From positions 352,001 to 416,000 of the forward strand of contig CAVUWA010000002.1 in NCBI GenBank assembly GCA_963744995.1: a DNA stretch of 64,000 nt, given 5' to 3'. Shown here one piece after another: positions 12,161-21,374 of the stretch. The DNA is from Candidatus Eiseniibacteriota bacterium (GTDB lineage Bacteria; Eisenbacteria; RBG-16-71-46). The translations under genes were made by a program, and so were the position numbers. Within the stretch, counting starts at the first letter, position 1. Each line of letters begins with the position of its first letter. The notes beneath the pieces are model-generated. The model was given only the letters and a program-made list of their open reading frames with translations. It ran no database searches and was not told where the DNA came from.

Positions 12161-12203
12161 CGAAGCGGATTCAAACGGCGGTGGGAGCCAGGGGGGAGCC
12201 TCC

Positions 12204-12854
12204 GTGAGAATTGGGATCGTGGCGGACATCCACGACGCGGTGGAGCCCTTGCGTTGCGCGCTCGAGCACTTCGCAGGGATGGGGGTCGAGCAGGTCGTTT
12301 CACTGGGCGACGCGTTCGACTCGTACGAGCGCGGAGATCCAGGCGCGGAGGTTGCGAAACTCCTGAACGATGCCGGCGCGGTCGGGGTCTGGGGAAATCA
12401 CGACTTCGGTCTCAGTTTCGACCTGACAGACGCCGTCTCCGCCACGGCTGCCCCGACGCTTCTGGAGCTTGCCGCGGGCTTCTGCGCCCATCTGGTGCTC
12501 GGCGACTGTCGATTCAGTCACATCGAACCGTGGCGGGATTCCTACTCGATCGTGGACCTGTGGACTCACCTCGACGTCCCGAACACACCTGAAAGGGCGC
12601 GACGCAGTTTCACCGCCGCGCCCGAGCGCATCTTCTTCATAGGTCATTACCACTCCTGGTTCGCGCTCCGGGAACAGGGTTCCGTCGACTGGGACGGCTC
12701 TTCGCCTCTCGAAATCAACAAAGCAAGTCGTTACCTCATCGGTGTGGCGGCCGTAGTGGGCGGGTGGAGCGCGGTCTTCGACACGGAGGATTCTGTGCTC
12801 ACCCCCGTTTCGTGTGGTCTGAAGCGCGGCAACGACCGGGCCGACCGCCTGTAG
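12204..12854 (+). CDS. Calcineurin-like metallophosphoesterase
   Basis: ADIH, LGDAFD, GNHD, FSH, GHYH motifs; GTG start after GGGAG. Confidence 0.88.
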   Translation: MRIGIVADIHDAVEPLRCALEHFAGMGVEQVVSLGDAFDSYERGDPGAEVAKLLNDAGAVGVWGNHDFGLSFDLTDAVSATAAPTLLELAAGFCAHLVLGDCRFSHIEPWRDSYSIVDLWTHLDVPNTPERARRSFTAAPERIFFIGHYHSWFALREQGSVDWDGSSPLEINKASRYLIGVAAVVGGWSAVFDTEDSVLTPVSCGLKRGNDRADRL

Positions 12855-12933
12855 CGTATGCCCGGCCTGCAGGGAGAAGACAGAGCTCTCGCCCGGAGAT
12901 CGAGTGCCGGAGGTCGAGGACCGCAGGCTGGAA

Positions 12934-14154
12934 CTACTGAGGCGCGGGGGCGACGTGGAACGTGAGGACATGGCGCCGCTGCTGTCTGTCGAGTGGCGTG
13001 CCGCCGCCGGCGTCGACGAGCGCGACCAGCGCGAACGGATCCAGCACGAGCGACTCTATCACCCCGTCGGCGTCCTGGGCGAGCGAGGTCACACAGGACG
13101 GCCCGGCGTAGACGGCACGGATGTAACCGGCGACGTTTGGACTGCGCCGGAATGAGCCCGGGTCGAAGTTCGGGAATGCGAGCGAGAACGAAGACACCAG
13201 CCTGGACCCGCCGGGCTGCAGCGTCTGAATCCCGGTGCGGAACGCGATCGGCGCGCCGACGTACCCGAGCGACTGCAGTACCGGATCATCGCCGGAGCCG
13301 GGCGTAAAGCCGGGCGGCAGGGCGGGATCCGTCGGCACGACGACCGGCTCGTAACGGGAGTCCCGGTCGTAGCCGCCGAGCACGACGACGATCCACGAGC
13401 CCTGCCGGACCGTGTCGCCTTCGGACCTTGCGTAGATGCGGTCTCCACGGAGCTCATAGAACGTGCGGCGCTCGAAGTCGCCGCCCGGCGGCAGGCGCCG
13501 TGTCGGAATGTAGTCCAGCGAATCGGGTCCGAAGTACGGGCGCCCGTCCGGCGGCCACGCGGGATTCGTCGCAAACGTGGCCCAGTCGAGCACGTCCACG
13601 GCGCGTCCGTCACCGTCGCTGGATGCGGGCCACCGATCCGGGTCGGGACCGGCGAACCAGGAGCAGGGCGGGAAGCCCGACAGGAAGAAGATCTTGATGT
13701 CGCCGCCACCGGCACGGTCCGGCGCGTGGACCGTGACCTCCTGCCGGCCGGGTCCGAACGTCGGACGGTCGCCTCGACCCTGCGGGTCGGCCAGCGTCGA
13801 GCGCAGGACGATCGCTTCGGAGCCGGCGGCGTTCGTGGTGGCCTCGGTGCCGCCGGGCAGCCACTGGATCTGCTCGAGGGATGCGTAGGCGGCGATCGTA
13901 TCGAGCGCGAGGTAACCGTGGTCGAACACGTAGAACGACTCGTTCGTCCGGACCCGCGGTGAGAGATCGCGTGCGAGCGAAACGCTCACGCCCCGAAACG
14001 TGAGCCGTGGGGTGAGCGTCTGCGACTGGGCCTGGGTGACCGCCGCGGATCCGGATGGTGTTGCGGAGCCCGCGTGCCGCGGGGCCAGTGACCTGCCGCA
14101 TCCTGCCGCGAACAGCAGCAGAGCGAGCCAGAGGACCTTCCGGGATGCTGACAT
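12934..14154 (-). CDS. Hypothetical lipoprotein
   Basis: Lipobox-like LLLFAAGC after a basic N-terminus; no family recognised. Confidence 0.65.
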   Translation of the reverse strand: MSASRKVLWLALLLFAAGCGRSLAPRHAGSATPSGSAAVTQAQSQTLTPRLTFRGVSVSLARDLSPRVRTNESFYVFDHGYLALDTIAAYASLEQIQWLPGGTEATTNAAGSEAIVLRSTLADPQGRGDRPTFGPGRQEVTVHAPDRAGGGDIKIFFLSGFPPCSWFAGPDPDRWPASSDGDGRAVDVLDWATFATNPAWPPDGRPYFGPDSLDYIPTRRLPPGGDFERRTFYELRGDRIYARSEGDTVRQGSWIVVVLGGYDRDSRYEPVVVPTDPALPPGFTPGSGDDPVLQSLGYVGAPIAFRTGIQTLQPGGSRLVSSFSLAFPNFDPGSFRRSPNVAGYIRAVYAGPSCVTSLAQDADGVIESLVLDPFALVALVDAGGGTPLDRQQRRHVLTFHVAPAPQ

Positions 14155-14412
14155 CGTGGAGCCTCATGACCGGTTGGAATCGAACCCGGGCCCCGTCAAC
14201 GGCAGATCGAGGCTAGCACCGGGCGCCGGAATCGCCCAGGTCATTCCGCCTGGCCCGACGGATTCCACGGTGGCCCGTCCTGCGTGGGAAGGGCTTCCGG
14301 TGCTATTCTGAGCCGCATGCGCGTGGCGGGAGGTGGGACCTCCCCGTCCGTCAGGGCTCTCGAGGCCACGCGGCCCAGCGTGTCGTCCCTTTCGAATCGA
14401 GGAGAGAACTCC

Positions 14413-15279
14413 ATGCCCCGCAAACTCATCGGCGGGTTGATCCAGTGCAGCAATCCGATCAACGACGAGTCGATGCCCGTCGAGAAGATCAAGCAGGCGA
14501 TGTTCGACAAGCACGTGCCGCTCATCGAAGAGGCAGGCAAGAAGGGCGTGCAGGTGCTCTGCCTGCAGGAGATCTTCAACGGCCCCTACTTCTGCCCGGG
14601 CCAGGACGCGCGCTGGTACGACGCGGCCGAGGAAGTGCCCGGTCCGACCACCGACGCGGTGGCGAAGATCGCGGCGAAGCACAAGATGGCGGTGGTGGTG
14701 CCGGTGTACGAGAAGGAAATGCCCGGCGTGCTCTACAACACCGCCGCCGTGTACGACTTCGACGGCACCTACCTCGGCAAGTACCGCAAGAACCACATCC
14801 CGCATACCTCGGGCTTCTGGGAGAAGTACTTCTTCAAGCCCGGCAACCTCGGCTATCCGGTGTTCGAGACGCGCTACGCCAAGGTCGGCGTGTACATCTG
14901 CTACGACCGCCACTTCCCGGAGGGCGCGAGGGCGCTGGGCCTCAACGGCGCCGAAATCGTGTTCAACCCGAGCGCCACGGTCGCGGGGCTGTCGCAGTAC
15001 CTGTGGAAGCTCGAGCAGCCCGCGCACGCGGTCGCCAACGGCTACTTCATGGGCTGCATCAACCGCGTCGGCACCGAAGCCCCGTGGAACATCGGCAAGT
15101 TCTACGGCTCGTCCTATTTCGTGGATCCGCGCGGCAACTTCCTCGCTCAGGCCAATGAAGACGACGACGCGCTGGTCGTGGCCGAGATGGACCTCGACAT
15201 GATCGACGACGTGCGCAAGGTGTGGCAGTTCTATCGCGATCGCCGCCCGGAGACGTACGACGAGCTGGTGGACATCTGA
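14413..15279 (+). CDS. Nitrilase-family beta-ureidopropionase (N-carbamoyl-beta-alanine amidohydrolase)
   Basis: CLQEIF, KYRKNHIP, FWEKYFF, ICYDRHFPE (E-K-C triad), FYRDRRPE; pathway context. Confidence 0.88.
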   Translation: MPRKLIGGLIQCSNPINDESMPVEKIKQAMFDKHVPLIEEAGKKGVQVLCLQEIFNGPYFCPGQDARWYDAAEEVPGPTTDAVAKIAAKHKMAVVVPVYEKEMPGVLYNTAAVYDFDGTYLGKYRKNHIPHTSGFWEKYFFKPGNLGYPVFETRYAKVGVYICYDRHFPEGARALGLNGAEIVFNPSATVAGLSQYLWKLEQPAHAVANGYFMGCINRVGTEAPWNIGKFYGSSYFVDPRGNFLAQANEDDDALVVAEMDLDMIDDVRKVWQFYRDRRPETYDELVDI

Positions 15280-15971
15280 TGACGGAGCGCGGCACGGGCC
15301 TGACGGAGGACCATACGCTCGTCCGCGCCGGCCGCTACCTGATCTTCACGAACGGCGTCGAGTGCGGCGAGGAACGCTGGACGCTCGAGGCGCGCGCCGA
15401 CGGGCTCGTGGTGACCGGCGTGCAGGAGACGGTGCGGCCGCATCCGTTTCCGAGCCGCCTCGAATACCGCGCGACGCTGACCCCGGAGTGGCGCGTGACC
15501 GGGGTCGAGTTGCGCTGGGCGGCGGGCGAACGCGAGATCCTCGCCACGCACCGCGCCGAGGCCGAGCGCTGGCATGCGCGCATCCAGTCCGGCTCCGAGG
15601 CGCGCGAGCAGCAGGGCGACTATCCGCTCGTCTGCGAGATCGAGATCCCGACGCACCTGTCGGTGACGTTCGTGCTGGCGCGTCGCGCGTTCCAGGTCGG
15701 CGGCGAGCACGAGTTCCCGCTGCTCCGGATCGGGCCGCCGGTGATGGCCGTCTCGCCGGAGCGGATGCTGATCCGCTGCGTGGAGAGCGGCACGATCATG
15801 TCGCCGCGCGGCCCGCTCCAGGCGAAGCGCTACGTGGCGAGCCTGCCGCCCGCCGGCGAAGCCGAGGGCTACACCTTCTGGGCCGACGAGGACGGCGTGG
15901 TGCTCGAGTCGTACGAGGGCGCGGAGCCCGAGCGGCCGTGGATGCAGCTGGTCGAGCTGAGCGCGCCGTGA
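15279..15971 (+). CDS. Hypothetical beta-rich protein (possibly putative glycolipid-binding family)
   Basis: TGATG coupling to the nitrilase gene, typical codon usage; family call is weak. Confidence 0.6.
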   Translation: MTERGTGLTEDHTLVRAGRYLIFTNGVECGEERWTLEARADGLVVTGVQETVRPHPFPSRLEYRATLTPEWRVTGVELRWAAGEREILATHRAEAERWHARIQSGSEAREQQGDYPLVCEIEIPTHLSVTFVLARRAFQVGGEHEFPLLRIGPPVMAVSPERMLIRCVESGTIMSPRGPLQAKRYVASLPPAGEAEGYTFWADEDGVVLESYEGAEPERPWMQLVELSAP

Positions 15972-16005
15972 GGCGCGCCGCCCGACGCAGCGTGCGGAGC
16001 GCCGC

Positions 16006-16422
16006 GTGAGGCCGCCGGTCAGGCGCGTGCTCGAGACCGCGCTCTACGTGGACGATCTCGAGCGCGCGGTCGCCTTCTACCGCGACGTGCTCGGCATGCG
16101 TCCGATGGGCGAGCCGCCGCGGCTGGTGCCGATGGATGCGGGCGCCGGCACCGTGCTGCTGCTGTTCGAACGTGGGAAGACCCTGGAGGGCGCCCGGACC
16201 CCGGGCGGCTTCATCCCGCCGCACGACGGCGCGGGCCCGGTGCACGTGGCGTTCGCCGTGGACACCGAAGAGCTCGCCGCGTGGGAGTCGCATCTGGCCT
16301 CCCACGGCGTGGCGATCGAGAGCCGCGTGACCTGGCCGCGCGGCGGCACGAGCCTCTACTTCCGCGATCCCGACGGCCACTCGCTGGAGCTGGCGACGCC
16401 GGGGTTGTGGGAGACGTACTGA
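16006..16422 (+). CDS. VOC/glyoxalase family protein
   Basis: LETALYVDDLERAVAFY, HVAF, SLYFRDPDGHSLEL. Confidence 0.92.
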   Translation: MRPPVRRVLETALYVDDLERAVAFYRDVLGMRPMGEPPRLVPMDAGAGTVLLLFERGKTLEGARTPGGFIPPHDGAGPVHVAFAVDTEELAAWESHLASHGVAIESRVTWPRGGTSLYFRDPDGHSLELATPGLWETY

Positions 16423-16459
16423 GGACGCCGCGCCGCCAGCGCGGCGTCCCGGCGCGGGG

Positions 16460-17326
16460 CTACCGGTAGATCGTCTTCAGCCGGCCCCAGCTGCTCGATC
16501 GCGCCGGGGTGGCCAGCGGAACCGGGGCGAGCCCGTCGAAATTGCCCGGAGGGAGCGGGACGGTCTGGACGATCTGCCCGGTGTCCGGGTCGATTCGGAC
16601 CAGCTCGATCTGCGCAGGAATGCCGATGGTCGTGTAGTTCAGCGCCCACAGGTTTCCCTCGTTCGAGAAGGTCATTCCCATGTAGTAGCCAAGGGCGGAA
16701 TTGACCTGATGCGTGCCCGTCACTTCGAACGTGGCCGGGCGCACGATCCGCTGGACCGTGGCCACGCCGCCAACGATGTGTGACGCCGCATAGACTTCTC
16801 CGTTGGGCCCTGCAGCGATCGCGGTCATGTCGGCGCCGACACCGGACAGATCGGCGATGTTCGAGAGCGAACCGTCGGCCGCGAGATCGGCGAGGGTGGA
16901 GGCGCGCACCGGGCCGTCGCACGGACCGGCCTCGTAGGAAATGATCAAGGTCGTGCCGTCGCTCGTCATGTCTCCGTTGCGGCTGGTCTCGAGGGTGGTG
17001 CCGCCGATGGTGAGCAGGGCGAAGGGGCTGGCGACCGTCCATGTGCTCGGGTCGATGGACTGGAGCACGTGGCTGAGCGGACAGGGAACAGGCTGATTGC
17101 GGAACTGACCCGTCCACAGCAGCCCATCCTGGAGCGCAAGCCGTGGGTTCGCGAACGGATAGAACGTCGGTGACAGTTGGGTCACGTTTCCCGTATTCGT
17201 GTCGATCAGGACCACCCAGTCCTCGTTGCCTTCGGCGGAATAGAGGAGATCGGCATCGGCGCGGCCTGCGGGTCCCGCGAGCAGCAGGGCAACAGCGAGC
17301 GAAAAAGCGAGGATGCGGTGGATCAT
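16460..17326 (-). CDS. Secreted beta-propeller-like protein with C-terminal SSWGRLKTIYR motif
   Basis: GGGAGGGA RBS, signal peptide, repeated blade-like segments. Confidence 0.75.
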   Translation of the reverse strand: MIHRILAFSLAVALLLAGPAGRADADLLYSAEGNEDWVVLIDTNTGNVTQLSPTFYPFANPRLALQDGLLWTGQFRNQPVPCPLSHVLQSIDPSTWTVASPFALLTIGGTTLETSRNGDMTSDGTTLIISYEAGPCDGPVRASTLADLAADGSLSNIADLSGVGADMTAIAAGPNGEVYAASHIVGGVATVQRIVRPATFEVTGTHQVNSALGYYMGMTFSNEGNLWALNYTTIGIPAQIELVRIDPDTGQIVQTVPLPPGNFDGLAPVPLATPARSSSWGRLKTIYR

Positions 17327-17542
17327 GGTGTCCCTCCCATCAGGCGGCTCGAGGCAGTGGGCAGGCAAGGGGGAGTCGCCGCCCTGAAGATGTCGATCAC
17401 AGCAGGCAGATCGCCTGTGTCGGGATGAAAAGCGCGCGCGTCGCAGCCCACCGGCGCGGTCCGCACCCAGACGTCGGCGCCTGCCCCGCAGGGCGAGCCG
17501 GGGGCGTCCGCGCGCGGAGGACCACCGGCCCCGGGCCGCCTG

Positions 17543-20500
17543 CTACCGCACGATCGTCACCCGCCGCGTCGCGATCGTGCCCGGCGCGTCGAGCCGCAGC
17601 ACGTAGAGCCCCGCGGGCACGGCGTGCCCCGCCGCGTCGCGTCCGTCCCATGCCACACGATGGACGCCCGCCTCACGGGTCTCGTCGAACAGCTCGCGCA
17701 CGCGGCGTCCGGCGAGGTCGAACACGGCGAGCGAGACGCGCCCCGGCCGGGCGAGCGTGAACGCCACGCGCAGTCCGCCCGGTGAGGGGTTGGGCGAAAC
17801 GCTCGCGAACGCCGTGCGTGCGGGGGGCGCCGGAGCCGCGTCCACGGCATCGCCCGCGTCGAACACGATCTGCCGGTTCTCCGCATCACGCGCTTCTGCC
17901 CGGGTGATCGCGAGTCCCGGATCGCCCGCGGCGAGCACGCGGAAAGTCGCGTGCGCGAGAACGCCTTCTCCACCGATGCCGGCGCCCGCGCCGAGCAGCG
18001 CGACGTCGATCGCGGCCGGCCCCGCGGGAAGGGCGACCACCGGCCGCGGCTGGCGCGCGAGCAGCGCGCCGCCGTCGATCGCCACCGGTTCGACGACGCT
18101 CGCGTCCCAGCCGAGCGCGAGGCTCACGCCATGGACGTCGCCACGGCCCGAGAACAGCACCGGAACGTCGAAGGTCTGCCCCGGCGCGGGGACCTCGGGC
18201 GTCGCGAGCGACAGGGCGTCACGATCGGGGAGCGTCGCCCGCGTTGCCGCGGCCGGCGCACTCGTCACGCTGTAGTTGAGCGCGAACACGATCAGGTCCT
18301 CGAAGTCCACGCGGTTGTCGGTGGTCGGCAGCGCGTTCACCGAGTGATCCGTGGTCGGTCCGACGTCGAGGTAGGCGAGCGGATCGCCCGGGCCGAGCAG
18401 CGCGGGGTAGTGGATGCCGAGCAGGGAAATGTCCTCGGCGAGCACGTGGTTGTTGCCCTGCCCGGCGGTGATGCCGTTCGAGACGTCGCCGAGGTGGTAG
18501 TTGAGCGTGCCGCCGGTGCGGTTGGAAACCGCGGACACGTTGCCGCAGGAGTCCGTCGTGAAGGCGACGTAGTACCAGAAGTCGCGCTGCGCCGTTTCGT
18601 CGGTCTGGCCGCTGGCGGTGACGGCGGTGAGCGTCCATGGCGGTCCCGGCGGATATGACGGCGCCGCGGGAGCCGCCCCGGCGCCGGGCGCATCGTCGTA
18701 CTCGGGGTAGTTGCCGAAGCCGGCGCGGTAGACCTCGGTCGAGACCGCATCGCCGGGCGTCGTGAAGGTGACCAGCACCTTCGTCGTGCCATCGGCATCG
18801 TTGCCGGTCTTGACCTGGGATGCGGCGACGTCGCCGATCGCGACCGGCCCGGTGGTGTCGATCGTGATCGTGGCCGGCGCGCCGCCGGCGGCCGGCACCG
18901 GAACGTTGTCGCAGTCGCGCAGCGTCGGCGTGCCGATCGTCACCGTGCCGGTGCCGTCGGGGCCGGGGGCCTTCGACACCTGAAGCGTGAACAGCGTTCC
19001 GACGATCGCGGTCGCGCCGCACGGCAGGCCGAGGATCACACCGTCTACGGTGTAGGCGCCGCCGCCGTCGTCCACGACGGTGAAGTACGTGTCGCCGACA
19101 TCGCTCAGATAGGTGCCCTCGGTGATGCTCGACACTCCCGCACAGAGCTGCAGGTTCGGCGAGAGCTGCACGGGAATGCTGAACGCGCGCACGTTGGCGG
19201 CCGTGGTGCGCGAGATCGTGACGTCGAACGTGGCACATGGCGCGGCGGTCGAGATGCACCCGGCCCCGGTGGAGACGGCGATCTGCTCGGGCAGTCCGGA
19301 CATGCCGCACTCGGGCAGGCCCGACGAATCGATCGTGATCATGGCTGGCGCGCCGGCCGCGGCGGGGACCGGCGCGTTGTCGCAGTCGCGCAGGGTCGGT
19401 GCGCCGATCGTGACCGTGCCGAGTCCGTCGGGGCCGGCGGCCTTGGACACCTGCAGGGTGAACAGGGTACCGGCCTGCGCCGTGGCGCCGCAGGGCAGGC
19501 CCAGAATCGTGCCGTCCACGGTGTACGACCCGCCGCCGTGATCGATGACCGAGAGGAACGTCGTGCCGGCGCCGCTCAGGTAGTCACCTTCGACGATCGA
19601 CGTGGTCCCCGCGCACAGCTGCAGATTGGACGAGAGCTGGACCGGGATGCTGAATGCGCGCACGTCGGTCATCGTGCTGCGCGCGATCGAAACGTCGAAC
19701 GTGACGCAGGGGGTAGCGGTCGAAATGCACGCGGCGCCGGTCGCGACGGTGATCTGCTCGGGCGCCGCGGCGAAGCCGCAACCGGCGGCGGCGTTCGTGC
19801 CGCTGTAGAGCCACGGCGAATAGTCGACGTTGGGGCCGAGGATCGCATCGCCCGTGCCGGGCCCGACCCCGGACGGTCCGCTCGGGTCGCCCCACCAGAT
19901 CGACTCCGCGCTCAGCGGGTGTCCGCTGCCCTGATTGTCGATCGCGGCGGTCAGGTTGGAGGAGATCGAGCTGTCGTCGAGATGGGCGTTCGCGTTCATG
20001 CCCACCACCCGAAGTCCGAAGTCCCAGTCGTGGAGCAACGCGCCGGTCACGTTCACCATCAGCGCGCCGCCGGTCGAGTAGACGTAGAGTCCGCTCGTCC
20101 CCGGCGTATCGCCGCCCGACATGCACAGATGGCTGATGTCCACCGTGAAGCCGGCCATGGTGCGCTGCGCGGCGAAGCCGCCCGTGCCGGCAACCGGCTC
20201 CAGGACCGGCGCGGCCGGCGGGCCGCCGCCCGGGAGCGCGGCCAGCGGCTCGCTCGCGCCGCTGAAGTTGCTGATCGTGATGCCGCCGAAATCCTCGGAT
20301 TCGATCACCGGCCCGGTCGTTTCGACGCCGTCGATCGTGCCGCTGCCGTCGTACCAGCGGATCGGCGCCTGCACGTTGGAGAACGCGTGCGGCCCGGTGA
20401 ATCCCGACAGGTGGACGGGCGATCCCGGCTGGAACACCAGGATCGCGCCGGACACTGCGATCGCCGGCGAGTAGCGCAGGTTCGCCATGGCGCAGTCGCG

Positions 20501-21361
20501 GATCGAGCCGCCCGCGCCGTACCCGAGCTGAATGCCGTTCTGCGCGATGACGTTGATGTCGCCGGCGCCGGTGACGTCCGAATCGTGCACGTCCACGACC
20601 ATGCCCGCACCGTTCAGGAGCATGCCGTTCTTCTGGAAGTCGCTGACCATCACGGCGTCGCACTCGAGCGTGTAGGGGCCGCCGCCGGTGTTCGTGCAGT
20701 AGAGGCCGAAGCCGTGCTGAACGTTGTCGAGCGGGGTGTTGCGCACCCGGACGATGTCCACGTTGGCAACCCGCCCGCCGGCATTGAAGTAGGCGATGCC
20801 GACGAAACGGACGTTGGCATTGCCGCGGCCGTCGCCGTCCACGGTGAGGCCGGTGACTTCGATTTGTGCGGCGTTCTCACACAACAGCACCGGGTGGTTG
20901 GTGAAACTGCCCTGCACGAACGAGACCGGCAGTGTGGCGGGGCTCACGATCGTCGTGGTCCCGGCGCCCGCGCCGGCGAGCGTGAGGTCCTTGCCGTCGA
21001 TCACGACCTGCTCCACGTAGGTGCCGGGGGCGACGTTCACGGTGCCGCCCGGCGGGGCCGCGTCCACCGCGGCCTGAATCGTCGCAAACGCGTTGAGCCC
21101 GGCGAAGCGGCCGGCGCCGACCCGCGCACCGGCCGCGGCCTGCGCCCACGCCTGGTCCACGTAGACGAGATCGGCCGCACGCGCGCGCGCCGTTGGCACG
21201 GCTCCGCAGACGAGGAGCGCAAACGCAAGAAGCGCGCGGGCGCGGCCGCGCCCCGATCCCCCGAGGGCGCTCCGGCCCGCGCGCTCACGACGTGCCTCAC
21301 GACGCGGCGGACGGCCTTCATCCGCCGCGCGCATGCCTCCGTATGTCATCCCTGCATCCAT
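17543..21361 (-). CDS. Large secreted protein: parallel beta-helix, two cohesin-like repeats, Ig-like linker, dockerin-like module, cohesin-like domain, FlgD-Ig tail
   Basis: TIQAAVDAA...VAPGTYVEQV beta-helix start; WWGDPSGP; internal ~155-aa duplication; PNP...WDGRD...GLY tail. Confidence 0.8.
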   Translation of the reverse strand: MDAGMTYGGMRAADEGRPPRREARRERAGRSALGGSGRGRARALLAFALLVCGAVPTARARAADLVYVDQAWAQAAAGARVGAGRFAGLNAFATIQAAVDAAPPGGTVNVAPGTYVEQVVIDGKDLTLAGAGAGTTTIVSPATLPVSFVQGSFTNHPVLLCENAAQIEVTGLTVDGDGRGNANVRFVGIAYFNAGGRVANVDIVRVRNTPLDNVQHGFGLYCTNTGGGPYTLECDAVMVSDFQKNGMLLNGAGMVVDVHDSDVTGAGDINVIAQNGIQLGYGAGGSIRDCAMANLRYSPAIAVSGAILVFQPGSPVHLSGFTGPHAFSNVQAPIRWYDGSGTIDGVETTGPVIESEDFGGITISNFSGASEPLAALPGGGPPAAPVLEPVAGTGGFAAQRTMAGFTVDISHLCMSGGDTPGTSGLYVYSTGGALMVNVTGALLHDWDFGLRVVGMNANAHLDDSSISSNLTAAIDNQGSGHPLSAESIWWGDPSGPSGVGPGTGDAILGPNVDYSPWLYSGTNAAAGCGFAAAPEQITVATGAACISTATPCVTFDVSIARSTMTDVRAFSIPVQLSSNLQLCAGTTSIVEGDYLSGAGTTFLSVIDHGGGSYTVDGTILGLPCGATAQAGTLFTLQVSKAAGPDGLGTVTIGAPTLRDCDNAPVPAAAGAPAMITIDSSGLPECGMSGLPEQIAVSTGAGCISTAAPCATFDVTISRTTAANVRAFSIPVQLSPNLQLCAGVSSITEGTYLSDVGDTYFTVVDDGGGAYTVDGVILGLPCGATAIVGTLFTLQVSKAPGPDGTGTVTIGTPTLRDCDNVPVPAAGGAPATITIDTTGPVAIGDVAASQVKTGNDADGTTKVLVTFTTPGDAVSTEVYRAGFGNYPEYDDAPGAGAAPAAPSYPPGPPWTLTAVTASGQTDETAQRDFWYYVAFTTDSCGNVSAVSNRTGGTLNYHLGDVSNGITAGQGNNHVLAEDISLLGIHYPALLGPGDPLAYLDVGPTTDHSVNALPTTDNRVDFEDLIVFALNYSVTSAPAAATRATLPDRDALSLATPEVPAPGQTFDVPVLFSGRGDVHGVSLALGWDASVVEPVAIDGGALLARQPRPVVALPAGPAAIDVALLGAGAGIGGEGVLAHATFRVLAAGDPGLAITRAEARDAENRQIVFDAGDAVDAAPAPPARTAFASVSPNPSPGGLRVAFTLARPGRVSLAVFDLAGRRVRELFDETREAGVHRVAWDGRDAAGHAVPAGLYVLRLDAPGTIATRRVTIVR

Positions 21362-21374
21362 CGTATTCGTTCCC

